Below, piece by piece: positions 20,958-29,828 of a stretch of 64,000 nucleotides of DNA. The notes under the pieces were generated by a model. That model was not told the origin of the DNA, ran no database searches, and saw only the letters and a list, made by a program, of their open reading frames with translations. Origin of the DNA: Calditrichaceae bacterium. Lineage in GTDB: Bacteria; Calditrichota; Calditrichia; Calditrichales; JBFXGD01. Each line of letters starts with the position of its first letter. Within the stretch, counting starts at the first letter, position 1. The stretch is taken from NCBI GenBank assembly GCA_050173015.1, contig JBFXLE010000008.1, positions 32,584 through 96,583 on the forward strand, read 5' to 3'. Made by a program: the position numbers and the translations under genes.

Positions 20958-20971
20958 TAATGCAAATCCTT

Positions 20972-21901
20972 TTACGCAACGCCCTCAGATTTAACGGTAC
21001 CGTTTGTATTCTCCGCCGGTTGATCTTCTGGCGGTGGTTTGGTTTTCCACCTTTTATGTACCCAAAACCATTGTTCCGGATAAAGCAAAACCCACTCTTC
21101 CAGCATACTAGTATGCATTTGAGTGATCGTTTTAACATCTTCGGATGAGCTATCATCCGTGGATGAATCAAAAACTTCCTTGAAAAAGACATCAAATACC
21201 CCATAATCTCTGCGGACAGAGATTGTAAAAATCATTGTTGCCTGACTTCGTTTTTTAAAAACCGCCGGACCGGCTGCGGTGGATGAGGGCTGGCCTAAAA
21301 AATTGACAAAAATCCCCGATTTTCTGGCATCCTGATCAGCTACTAAACATAAAGTCCCATTATTTTTAAGCGTTTTTAATCCGTCCTTCATAGCATTTTT
21401 TGTATAAATTACTTTGCTGCCCAGTTTTGTCCGATTCTCATAGATTAATTTATCAACGTATTGATTGCTTTGTTTCTTCGCTATACCAGCGATCGGGTAA
21501 CCAAGCATTGAAAGCGCCCCGCCCTCCCATTCAAAATTCCCGAAATGCCCGGAAATTAAAATCACACCGTTCCCTTTCTTAAGAGCATTATCCAGGATAT
21601 CCCGATCATGAAAACGGATATGTTCATTTATGTTCTCGACCGTGAGCTGTCGCATTTGAAAAAATTCCATCCAGAGATAGACAAAATTTTTGTAAATATT
21701 CTTTAAAAGTTCCTGTTCATTATCAGGCAAATTATCACCATAGACCAGACGCAAATTATCCAGAATAACTTTTCTTCTGTAGCGAAATATCTTTGCAACA
21801 ATGATATACAAAATAAACGCGGCTCTTTTGCCTCCTTTAAAGGACATCCTGTTAAAAAGCCAAAATAAAAATTTAACAATATAGTATTCTGTTTTATGCA
21901 T
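20972..21901 (-). CDS. lpxL: Lipid A late acyltransferase (LpxL/HtrB family)
   Basis: GHFGNFE catalytic HxxxxE, ADQD, FLG, PEQWFWVHKRWK. Confidence 0.88.
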   Translation of the reverse strand: MHKTEYYIVKFLFWLFNRMSFKGGKRAAFILYIIVAKIFRYRRKVILDNLRLVYGDNLPDNEQELLKNIYKNFVYLWMEFFQMRQLTVENINEHIRFHDRDILDNALKKGNGVILISGHFGNFEWEGGALSMLGYPIAGIAKKQSNQYVDKLIYENRTKLGSKVIYTKNAMKDGLKTLKNNGTLCLVADQDARKSGIFVNFLGQPSSTAAGPAVFKKRSQATMIFTISVRRDYGVFDVFFKEVFDSSTDDSSSEDVKTITQMHTSMLEEWVLLYPEQWFWVHKRWKTKPPPEDQPAENTNGTVKSEGVA

Positions 21902-21906
21902 ATTTA

Positions 21907-21935
21907 AAGTTAGGTAATTAACATTTTTGAATCAA
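21907..21935 (-). promoter_or_regulatory. Putative promoter giving a leaderless lpxL transcript
   Basis: Minus strand TTGATT-N17-TAACTT ending 5 nt before the ATG; no SD. Confidence 0.5.
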
Positions 21936-21985
21936 CCAATAGAAGATAAAGTTATAAAATAATTCACAGATTCATCCATTTAAAG

Positions 21986-22014
21986 TTGATATTATGTAGT
22001 TCAACCTGTAAATT
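21986..22014 (+). promoter_or_regulatory. Putative promoter of the ppiD-like gene
   Basis: TTGATA-N17-TAAATT about 100 nt upstream of the AAGGAG SD and ATG. Confidence 0.5.
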
Positions 22015-22111
22015 TATGAGTTTTTGAAAGCCCGAATATATCACATTACAGAGATGAAGATCTGTAAATTATTGTGATGATGATTATGAAATAAAAGGAG
22101 ATACATGCCTT

Positions 22112-23917
22112 ATGATGACGAAATTGCGTCAGCTGAGTGGAGTGTTTTTGTGGATTCTGGTCTTTTCTTTTCTGGGATTAATGGTATTTGAATGGGGCGC
22201 CGACTATAGCGGGCGTTCTACCCGTGATAATACAGTTGGCTCTGTGAACGGCGAAAAACTCACATTTGAACAGTTTAATGATATGTATCAACAGGCTTTT
22301 CAAAATGAGCGCGCGAGGACCGGTAAGGAATTGGATGATACTTCACTGGAAAGATTACGGAATCAGGTTTGGGAACAATTTGTCCAGATGACTCTATTCA
22401 GAGAAGAGATGGATAAACTGGAAATTGCAGTTACAGATTCCGAAGTTGTTTACTACATATACAACAGCCCTTTAGAAGACTTCAGACGACACCCTGCCTT
22501 TCAAACAGAAGGCGTGTTTGACATGAATAAATATCAGGCTGCTTTTTCTGATCCAAGTATTCCATGGGGTCAAATCGAGGATGTTTACCGTCAACAGATT
22601 CCAATTGTCAAGCTGCAAAGTACTATTACAAGTACGGTTCGCGTCACAGACGATGAAGTGCTCAATGAATTTAAAAAATCCAACCTGAAAGCAAAAGTCG
22701 AATATCTCAGCATTTTACCAAACAAATTTCAAACCGATGATATTACGCTGAGTGATAAAGAAATTAAGAATTTTTATGATCTGCATAAGGACGAGTACAA
22801 GCAAAATGAAATGCGGGATGTCTCATATGTACTCTTTCCCGTTAAGCCGACCGAAAAAGACACCGCCAGAATTTATTCTGACTTCGATCGTATCAGGGAG
22901 CGGCTGGCAAACGGTGAAAAATTTTCCAATTTAGCAAATGAATATTCTGAGGATCCTTCCGTAAAAAGCAATAATGGCGATCTTGGCTATTTTGATCGTA
23001 ATGCCATGGTGAAACAATTTTCTGACGCGGCATTCGATGCTAATATTGGCGATGTTGTCGGTCCTGTAAAATCCCCTTACGGCCTGCATTTGATTTTTGT
23101 AGAGGATAAGAAAACCGAAAATGGTATAGAAAAAGTAAAAGCAAGCCATATCCTTCTGAAAATCACCGCCGGACCTTCCACTATCGAGGAACAGGAAAAC
23201 AAAGCGCGCTTTTTCTCTGAAGACGCGAAGGATCTGGGTTTTGATACCGCCGCGAAAAATTCTGATTACGAAGTTCTTAAATCCGGTCCATTCGAGGAAC
23301 GCAGCGGTTTTATACCGGGTATCGGCCGCAACCCGTCCCTTATGGGATTTGTATTTACCTCAGACGTTGACGCGGTTTCTGATTCTTATTTTCTGGAACA
23401 CTCATACGTCGTTGTGAAACTTGACGTAATCAAAAAGGCCGGATACAAAGACCTTGAATCCGTAAAAAGGTTAATTGAGAATCGTATAAAATTTGAAAAA
23501 TCCACCGAACTCGCGAAAGAATATGCGTCAAAATTAAGTGATAAGGTTAAATCGGGCATGCCGTTCGAACAAATCGCCGATCAGGATACCGATAAAAAAG
23601 TGACTTACAGCGAAACAGCACTGTTTGATATGAAACAGAGCATTCCCGGTATCGGCAAAAATATTGAATTCGCCGCAACCGCGTTTACATTGAATATCGG
23701 AGAAACCTCGGACTTAGTTGAATCTCCCCGTGGATTTTTTTATGAAAGACTTCTCGAAAAAACAGAATTTGACAGCGCTGCATTTAATAGCCAGAAAAAA
23801 CAAATCAAAAATCAGCTGCTTGTTGAAAAGAGAAACAAAGTATTCTATGATTGGTATGAAGATCTGAAGAGTAAAGCCGATATAGAAGACAATAGAAAAC
23901 TATTCAATATATTCTAA
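22112..23917 (+). CDS. PpiD/SurA-like membrane-anchored periplasmic chaperone with parvulin PPIase domain
   Basis: N-terminal TM, VGSVNGEKL SurA-N region, parvulin core FSNLANEYSED..GDLGYF..MVKQF..SPYGLHLI. Confidence 0.88.
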   Translation: MMTKLRQLSGVFLWILVFSFLGLMVFEWGADYSGRSTRDNTVGSVNGEKLTFEQFNDMYQQAFQNERARTGKELDDTSLERLRNQVWEQFVQMTLFREEMDKLEIAVTDSEVVYYIYNSPLEDFRRHPAFQTEGVFDMNKYQAAFSDPSIPWGQIEDVYRQQIPIVKLQSTITSTVRVTDDEVLNEFKKSNLKAKVEYLSILPNKFQTDDITLSDKEIKNFYDLHKDEYKQNEMRDVSYVLFPVKPTEKDTARIYSDFDRIRERLANGEKFSNLANEYSEDPSVKSNNGDLGYFDRNAMVKQFSDAAFDANIGDVVGPVKSPYGLHLIFVEDKKTENGIEKVKASHILLKITAGPSTIEEQENKARFFSEDAKDLGFDTAAKNSDYEVLKSGPFEERSGFIPGIGRNPSLMGFVFTSDVDAVSDSYFLEHSYVVVKLDVIKKAGYKDLESVKRLIENRIKFEKSTELAKEYASKLSDKVKSGMPFEQIADQDTDKKVTYSETALFDMKQSIPGIGKNIEFAATAFTLNIGETSDLVESPRGFFYERLLEKTEFDSAAFNSQKKQIKNQLLVEKRNKVFYDWYEDLKSKADIEDNRKLFNIF

Positions 23918-23930
23918 AATATTGAGTTTT

Positions 23931-23969
23931 AAAAAAGCCCCGGAAGTATTACCCCCGGGGCTTTTTTTT
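23931..23969. terminator. Bidirectional intrinsic terminator
   Basis: AAAAAAGCCCCGG-loop-CCGGGGCTTTTTTTTT between the convergent ppiD-like gene and pheA. Confidence 0.88.
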
Positions 23970-24868
23970 TATTCATTCCCTATAAATTTTGTATAAGATC
24001 CCATCACATGAATGGATCCCGCTATCCGGCGAATTTCATCAAAGGCCTTTGACACATTTTCATCCCGCACATGACCGTCAATATCAACAAAAAAGTGATA
24101 ATTCCACAATTCTGTTTTATGCGGACGGGAAGTCAACAGGGACATATTTATGTGATACTTTTCAAATATCCCGAGACATCGAACCAACATCCCCGGTTTA
24201 TCAGGAGTGCTGAATACGATGGAAGTTTTGTACAGAATTTCGTTTTTCGGGTCTTCGTTTCCCGCGTTGATGGACACCAGCACAAACCGGGTTTGATTAT
24301 GTTTGAAGTCTTCAATATTCTTCTGCAGGATTTTTAAATTGTATAAATCTGCTGATTTCTCGCTTGCAATCGCGGCGGTATCATACATTTTTTTTTCAGC
24401 GATCATTTTCGCGCTTCCCGCCGTATCGTATGTTGGAATAATTTCAGCGTCATTAAACGCGCGCAGAAAAACCTCGCACTGTGAGATCGCGGCCGGATGA
24501 GAATATATCTTTCTAATTTCATCTTTCGAAATTTGATCAACAGCCAGAAAGGCGTGGTGAATCGGGATGATGATCTCATTAACTATAAAAAGCCTGTGTT
24601 CAAGAAGCAGATCATAAGTACGCGTTATATTACCTATGATGGAATTATCTATCGGAAGAAGACCAAAGTCAACCGTCCCGTTTTTTATCGCGTCTATGAC
24701 ATCATAAGAAGTCCTGGTAGGATATTTTTCAACAACTTTATCCCCGAATAACCTGTCAATGGCATAATCACTATACGCGCCTTTTTCACCCTGGTACGCG
24801 ATTTTTAACAATGGATGTTCTGACAACTTTATCCCCGGATTCAATACGTAAAAGTTATGATTGATCAA
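23969..24868 (-). CDS. pheA: Monofunctional prephenate dehydratase with ACT domain
   Basis: AYQGEKGAYS, PIDNS, YSHPAAISQC, DTAGSA, NQTRF, ACT domain DKPGML..TSRP..YHFFVD. Confidence 0.93.
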   Translation of the reverse strand: MINHNFYVLNPGIKLSEHPLLKIAYQGEKGAYSDYAIDRLFGDKVVEKYPTRTSYDVIDAIKNGTVDFGLLPIDNSIIGNITRTYDLLLEHRLFIVNEIIIPIHHAFLAVDQISKDEIRKIYSHPAAISQCEVFLRAFNDAEIIPTYDTAGSAKMIAEKKMYDTAAIASEKSADLYNLKILQKNIEDFKHNQTRFVLVSINAGNEDPKNEILYKTSIVFSTPDKPGMLVRCLGIFEKYHINMSLLTSRPHKTELWNYHFFVDIDGHVRDENVSKAFDEIRRIAGSIHVMGSYTKFIGNE

Positions 24869-24873
24869 ACAGA

Positions 24874-25836
24874 TCAGCTATTAAATTCTTTCCAGGCAAG
24901 AGCCGCTGCCCCAAGCACCGCAGAATTACCATTTGATAATCCCGACGGCAGCAGACTGACTTTGCCGCGAAATGTTTTAAGCAGATGTTCTTCCATGTAT
25001 TTTTTTGTGGGTTTAAATATTAAATCACCCGCCGATGCAAGACCGCCAAATAAAATAATGACTTCCGGGCTGCTGAATGCAATGGCATTTGCCAGACTGA
25101 CCCCAAGAATCCGGGCTGTATAATCGAAAGCCTCCAAAGCAAGATCATCACCGCTCTGGGCTGCATCCGCTATTTTTTTTGAAGTTATCTCTCCATGCGG
25201 AATATCGTACAAAGAACTTTTCTGAATCCGCTTAGCCATCAGTTCGAAGACGGTGCGTCTGATCCCCGTTGCTGAAACATAGGTTTCCAGACAACCTTTA
25301 TTCCCGCAAAAACACTCTCTGCCTTCAATTTCCACGCATGTATGGCCAAGTTCTCCCGCGAATCCATCCGCGCCGTAAACAAGCTCGCCGTTTATGACAA
25401 TTCCGCTTCCGAGCCCGGTGCCCAAAGTAATTACCATAAAATTTTTCTTTCCCTTTGCCGCGCCAAAAAGCATTTCCCCTAAAGCGCAGGCGTTGGCGTC
25501 ATTTGTGATTACAGCCGGAAAATTGAATTTTTTGTTTATGAGTTTAACAAAATCAACCACTCCCCATTTTAGGTTTGGAGGGTTTTCAATCGTGCCCGAA
25601 TAATAATTTGCATTAGGAGCGCCGATGCCGATACCTTTAATTTCATACTTTTCTTTTAGATTCTGAAATTGCTTTACCGTTTCAGCATGCAGACGCCCGA
25701 TCAGGATTTCCGCTGATTCATGAGCGTGTGTCGGGATTGAAGCCTCCACGATTATTGTTCCGTTTTTATCAACAAAGCCGAAAGCCGTATTAGTGCCTCC
25801 GATATCAATGCCCAGCATAATTTCATTTTTACTCAT
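24874..25836 (-). CDS. ROK-family sugar kinase (glucokinase-like)
   Basis: GIDIGGT, NDANA, TLGTGLGSG, GELGH, CFCGNKGCLE. Confidence 0.92.
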   Translation of the reverse strand: MSKNEIMLGIDIGGTNTAFGFVDKNGTIIVEASIPTHAHESAEILIGRLHAETVKQFQNLKEKYEIKGIGIGAPNANYYSGTIENPPNLKWGVVDFVKLINKKFNFPAVITNDANACALGEMLFGAAKGKKNFMVITLGTGLGSGIVINGELVYGADGFAGELGHTCVEIEGRECFCGNKGCLETYVSATGIRRTVFELMAKRIQKSSLYDIPHGEITSKKIADAAQSGDDLALEAFDYTARILGVSLANAIAFSSPEVIILFGGLASAGDLIFKPTKKYMEEHLLKTFRGKVSLLPSGLSNGNSAVLGAAALAWKEFNS

Positions 25837-26006
25837 TTATGGTAATTCCTTTTATTCTGATTTAGCAATCCGTGTAAATATATGATATTTTCATTTATTT
25901 TTAAAAGAAAATTATTGAAACAGAGGAACTTATGAATTTAGCGAGAGATCTTTGTCGTTGGATCAACATCTTACCGGGTTGTCCGCCAGATGACTGAGCA
26001 CAATTA

Positions 26007-26999
26007 TTAGAACCTGACGCGCCGATTGCTTTCAGCCGATTTCAGGGCTGTGAGAATTATTTTTAAATCCATATAGGCCTTTTCAAAACTGCTGTCGACG
26101 AGTTCACCATGACGAATGGCCTCGTAAAAATTCAGGTACTCCCCAGCGTATCCGCCTCCGTCATCTGTTTCTTCGATAAGATCGTCATGATTAATTTTTT
26201 TTAATGTAATCCGATTGTCCTCCGCGATGACACTTCCTCTGTCACCTAAAATAACCAGTCGATTTTCCTCAACTCCGCCGGTCGTAAAAAAAATGTTGAG
26301 AAGACCGGAAATATTCCGATCTGTTCTAAACTGAAACGACATTGTATCCGGAGTTCCAATTTCGGGATTTATGCTCTTTGTCCACGCGTTTCCTTCAGTA
26401 ATCTCCCCGAGTAGTTCTCTTATAGCGGCAATATAGTGCACTCCGCCGTCTGTTATAAATCCTCCCGGGTACTGATGCTTAATGCGCCATTCGGTTTTGG
26501 CATAAGGATTGATTTCACCCTCCACATGGTGAAAAACATTCCAGACCGCCGCGTGGACTGTGCCTGCCTGCCCCTCTTCCATCAGCGCTTTTATACGCTT
26601 AAATGTATTCCGGTACCGAAAATTCTCCGCCACTATTTTTACCTGAGGATATTTTTTATCCAGCGCGAGCATATTCTTACCTTGATGAAGATTCGCGGCC
26701 AGCGGTTTCTCAACCATCACATGTTTACCTGATTTGAGCGCGTCACGGGTCACGGGATAGTTTAGATGAATCGGTAAAATGATGGATACGGCCTCTATAT
26801 CTTTATGACTAATCAGTTCACGATAATCCATGACATAGGGAACATTTCCCGCGAGCATGGCAAACTCTTTCGCTTTCGGCTCAGTATGATTACAAACCAT
26901 TGTAATCTCAAATAAATCGTTCAATTTCCTAAGCGCCGGCCAATGCAGCTTTTTGGCAGCTAACCCAGTTCCAATGATACCGAGTTTAATTTTTGACAT
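26007..26999 (-). CDS. Gfo/Idh/MocA-family oxidoreductase
   Basis: GIIGTG Rossmann motif, GKHVMVEKP, GGFITDGGVH. Confidence 0.9.
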   Translation of the reverse strand: MSKIKLGIIGTGLAAKKLHWPALRKLNDLFEITMVCNHTEPKAKEFAMLAGNVPYVMDYRELISHKDIEAVSIILPIHLNYPVTRDALKSGKHVMVEKPLAANLHQGKNMLALDKKYPQVKIVAENFRYRNTFKRIKALMEEGQAGTVHAAVWNVFHHVEGEINPYAKTEWRIKHQYPGGFITDGGVHYIAAIRELLGEITEGNAWTKSINPEIGTPDTMSFQFRTDRNISGLLNIFFTTGGVEENRLVILGDRGSVIAEDNRITLKKINHDDLIEETDDGGGYAGEYLNFYEAIRHGELVDSSFEKAYMDLKIILTALKSAESNRRVRF

Positions 27000-27070
27000 A
27001 GTTCCGCCTTTGTAAAATATTAAGCTATAACATAAAAACTAATACAATAGTGGCGGGTTTTAAAGAAAAA

Positions 27071-28033
27071 TTAAATTTTGGACCGGGAAGGATTGACCTG
27101 CGCGAGTTGTCCGGCGAGAGTTTTAATATATTCTCTGCCAAATTCTTCGTTTTCCATGTTGTCAAGCCAGCGATCCGGAATCCACGCGAATCCATGAAGA
27201 GCTCCCATCAATGCGCCTGTCATGGCTCCGATTGTATCTGTATCGCCTCCAAAATTAACACTTTTAATTACCGCCTCTTCCGGATTCCGGTAATATTTTG
27301 CCGCGGCATACAGAGCGCAGGGTACCGCTTCCGACGCGCGTATTCCGTTACCCAGATTTTCAACGGCCGAAACATCATCGCTGCGATTGATCAGCTCCCC
27401 TATCCTTTTCAACTGACGTTTCATCACATCGGATTCCGCGAAACACCCGAGAGTTGTAAGAAACTGACCAGTATCAAAAAATTCGGCTGACTTCAATTTC
27501 AGCAAGAGGGATACCGCCTTTGCCTGCACTAGGGCACCGTCAACGGCTTCCGGATGAATATGTGTGCACATAATCGCGTCATGGACTGCTTTTCTAAAGA
27601 TTGAATCTTCCGCGCAGTTATACACAAGCCCGACCGGAGCAATTCTCATGGCGCCCCCATTCCCGAATGACCCTTCTGAAAATTGAAGTGTGGCCGTTTT
27701 CCGGTAATCTTCTCCATTTTTGATCATTTTCAAAATCAGCCCGGCGCCGGCTCCATACTTTCTTCCGGAATCAAAAAATTCCGCGTACTTCTTCGCGCAA
27801 TGTTCAGGGTCCACACCAGACATCTCGATAATGGATAATGCCAGCGCCATGGTCATTTGTGTATCGTCGGTATATCGTCCGAATCCGGCAAAGCCGGCCT
27901 GGAAGTCGCGTAACTCTCCAAATCTTTCTCTTATCCTCTCCCGGGATCGCCCTTCGGCCACGGCTCCCAATATGTCACCGGACGCGCCGCCCAGCAGTGT
28001 GCCCATAAATCGATCATCCCTGTTCATAATCAT
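27071..28033 (-). CDS. ADP-ribosylglycohydrolase (DraG/ARH family)
   Basis: GDILG, YTDDTQMT, GNGGAMRIAP, THIHP, GGDTDTIG metal-binding motifs. Confidence 0.93.
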   Translation of the reverse strand: MIMNRDDRFMGTLLGGASGDILGAVAEGRSRERIRERFGELRDFQAGFAGFGRYTDDTQMTMALALSIIEMSGVDPEHCAKKYAEFFDSGRKYGAGAGLILKMIKNGEDYRKTATLQFSEGSFGNGGAMRIAPVGLVYNCAEDSIFRKAVHDAIMCTHIHPEAVDGALVQAKAVSLLLKLKSAEFFDTGQFLTTLGCFAESDVMKRQLKRIGELINRSDDVSAVENLGNGIRASEAVPCALYAAAKYYRNPEEAVIKSVNFGGDTDTIGAMTGALMGALHGFAWIPDRWLDNMENEEFGREYIKTLAGQLAQVNPSRSKI

Positions 28034-28078
28034 TTCACATCCCTATTGTCCGAAATAATAGTGTTTAGTATGTTTTGC

Positions 28079-28519
28079 TCAGATAGCGTGAAAACCATAT
28101 TTATCGGCCAGAAGTTCCAATGTTTTGGGATTTACGGATAAATTTCCCAGCTCATCACGGCTCACCCATTTCGCATCGAGCGCGTCATCTCCGGGAACCG
28201 CTTCTCCCTCAACATAAGTACAATCAAAATCTATAATTACATAATGAAAGTCTATTGATTGGTCAGATCCCGGTTCGATCAATTCAAAGACAAACACCGG
28301 TTTACCCGGATCGACTTTTATTCCGGTCTCCTCAAAAATCTCCCGCTTCACCGCGTCCCGCATATTTTCACCGGGCATAATTTTGCCGCCGGGTACAGCC
28401 CACTGATTTTGAGCCGGGGCCTGGGCCCTTTTCACCAGTAATATTCGATCATCCCTGAAAACAACGCCTCCGACAGCAACCCGCGGAAATACCTTATTTT
28501 TTGTTTCCTTCTTGTCCAT
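28079..28519 (-). CDS. Nudix hydrolase (ADP-ribose pyrophosphatase-like)
   Basis: Nudix box GKIMPGENMRDAVKREIFEETGI; ILLVKR, WAVPGG, FHYVIIDF, GDDA. Confidence 0.9.
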   Translation of the reverse strand: MDKKETKNKVFPRVAVGGVVFRDDRILLVKRAQAPAQNQWAVPGGKIMPGENMRDAVKREIFEETGIKVDPGKPVFVFELIEPGSDQSIDFHYVIIDFDCTYVEGEAVPGDDALDAKWVSRDELGNLSVNPKTLELLADKYGFHAI

Positions 28520-28552
28520 TACTCATATCGGCTATTAAATATCATCTACTAT

Positions 28553-29797
28553 CTATAATTGCAGCAGCATTCTCGCGGGATCCTCAAGGATTTCCCTGAC
28601 ACGCATCAGAAAACTGACAGATTCACGCCCGTCGATTATTCTGTGATCATATGACAACGCCACATACATCATAGGCCTGATCACGATTTCACCGTTCCGG
28701 ACAACTGGCCGTTCCTGAATAGTATGCATACCCAATATGGCCGCTTGAGGTGAATTAATAATCGGTGTTGATAAGAGTGAGCCAAATACACCGCCGTTGG
28801 TAATGGAAAACGTTCCGCCGGTCATTTCATCTATGGTCAGTTTACTGTCTCTGGCTTTTGTGGCGAGGCGAAGGACTTCCGCTTCAATCTGAGCCATCGT
28901 CATTTTTTCAGCGCTTCGGATTACCGGTACAACCAATCCTCTCGGGGTTGATACGGCAATAGAAATATCACAATAATCGTGATACACAATATCATCACCA
29001 TCTATCATCGCGTTTATTACCGGAAATTCCTGAAGAGCAATCGCGCATGCGGTTGTAAAAAATGACATAAAACCCAGTCCAATTCCATATTTTTCTTTAA
29101 ATGACTCTTTGTATTTACTTCTTAACGCCATTATTGCCGACATATCGATCTCATTCATCGTTGTCAGCATTGCTGTGCCCTGTTTGGAAGCGAGCAGTCT
29201 GTTTGAAATCGTTTTACGCAGAGTGGACATCCGTTCCCTGCGGTCTTTTCTATCCGTTTTCCCGGGATCGGCAACAGGTGGAGCGGCAACGCTTTCACTC
29301 TTTGTTTCCAGATTCCGTGACGGAACCGGTGTTTCTTGCGCGCTTCTGACAGCATTCAGCGCGTCATCTTTTATAATTCTTCCCGATGCACCGCTGCCTT
29401 TCACGCTGTCAGGTGATACTCTCGCATCTTTTAGAATTTTTGAGGCGAGTGGCGATATTTTCACTTTTTTATCATCGTCCGAAACAGGCTCTGTTAAATT
29501 TTCCACTATTTCCGTACGGTCGTCAGCGGGCTGATCTTTTTTAATCTGGGAAGGAACTGATCCGTTGCCGTCAATCTCAGCAATAATGGAATTAACGGCC
29601 ACCGTTTCCCCTTCGGCAGACAAAATTTTTAATATTCCTGCTTGTCCCGCCGTAATTTCAACCGTCGCTTTTTCTGATTCAATCTCAGCGATGATCTCAT
29701 CCTCTTCCACCGTTTCACCGCTTTTTTTCAACCAGGTTCCTATGGTAACTTCATTAATGGACTCTCCGATAGCAGGGACTTTTACTTCTAATTTCAT
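28553..29797 (-). CDS. sucB: 2-oxoglutarate dehydrogenase E2 (dihydrolipoyl succinyltransferase)
   Basis: Lipoyl domain EIESEKAT, E3-binding [12 protein letters not shown], catalytic SYDHRIIDG. Confidence 0.97.
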   Translation of the reverse strand: MKLEVKVPAIGESINEVTIGTWLKKSGETVEEDEIIAEIESEKATVEITAGQAGILKILSAEGETVAVNSIIAEIDGNGSVPSQIKKDQPADDRTEIVENLTEPVSDDDKKVKISPLASKILKDARVSPDSVKGSGASGRIIKDDALNAVRSAQETPVPSRNLETKSESVAAPPVADPGKTDRKDRRERMSTLRKTISNRLLASKQGTAMLTTMNEIDMSAIMALRSKYKESFKEKYGIGLGFMSFFTTACAIALQEFPVINAMIDGDDIVYHDYCDISIAVSTPRGLVVPVIRSAEKMTMAQIEAEVLRLATKARDSKLTIDEMTGGTFSITNGGVFGSLLSTPIINSPQAAILGMHTIQERPVVRNGEIVIRPMMYVALSYDHRIIDGRESVSFLMRVREILEDPARMLLQL

Positions 29798-29828
29798 TGA
29801 TATTTTCCTTAGTTTTTATTCTAAATAT

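Noticed and set aside
27050..27490. 146-aa plus-strand ORF opposite the ARH gene as a possible toxin or ART partner
   Set aside because: Almost fully antisense to a conserved gene; no ART motifs
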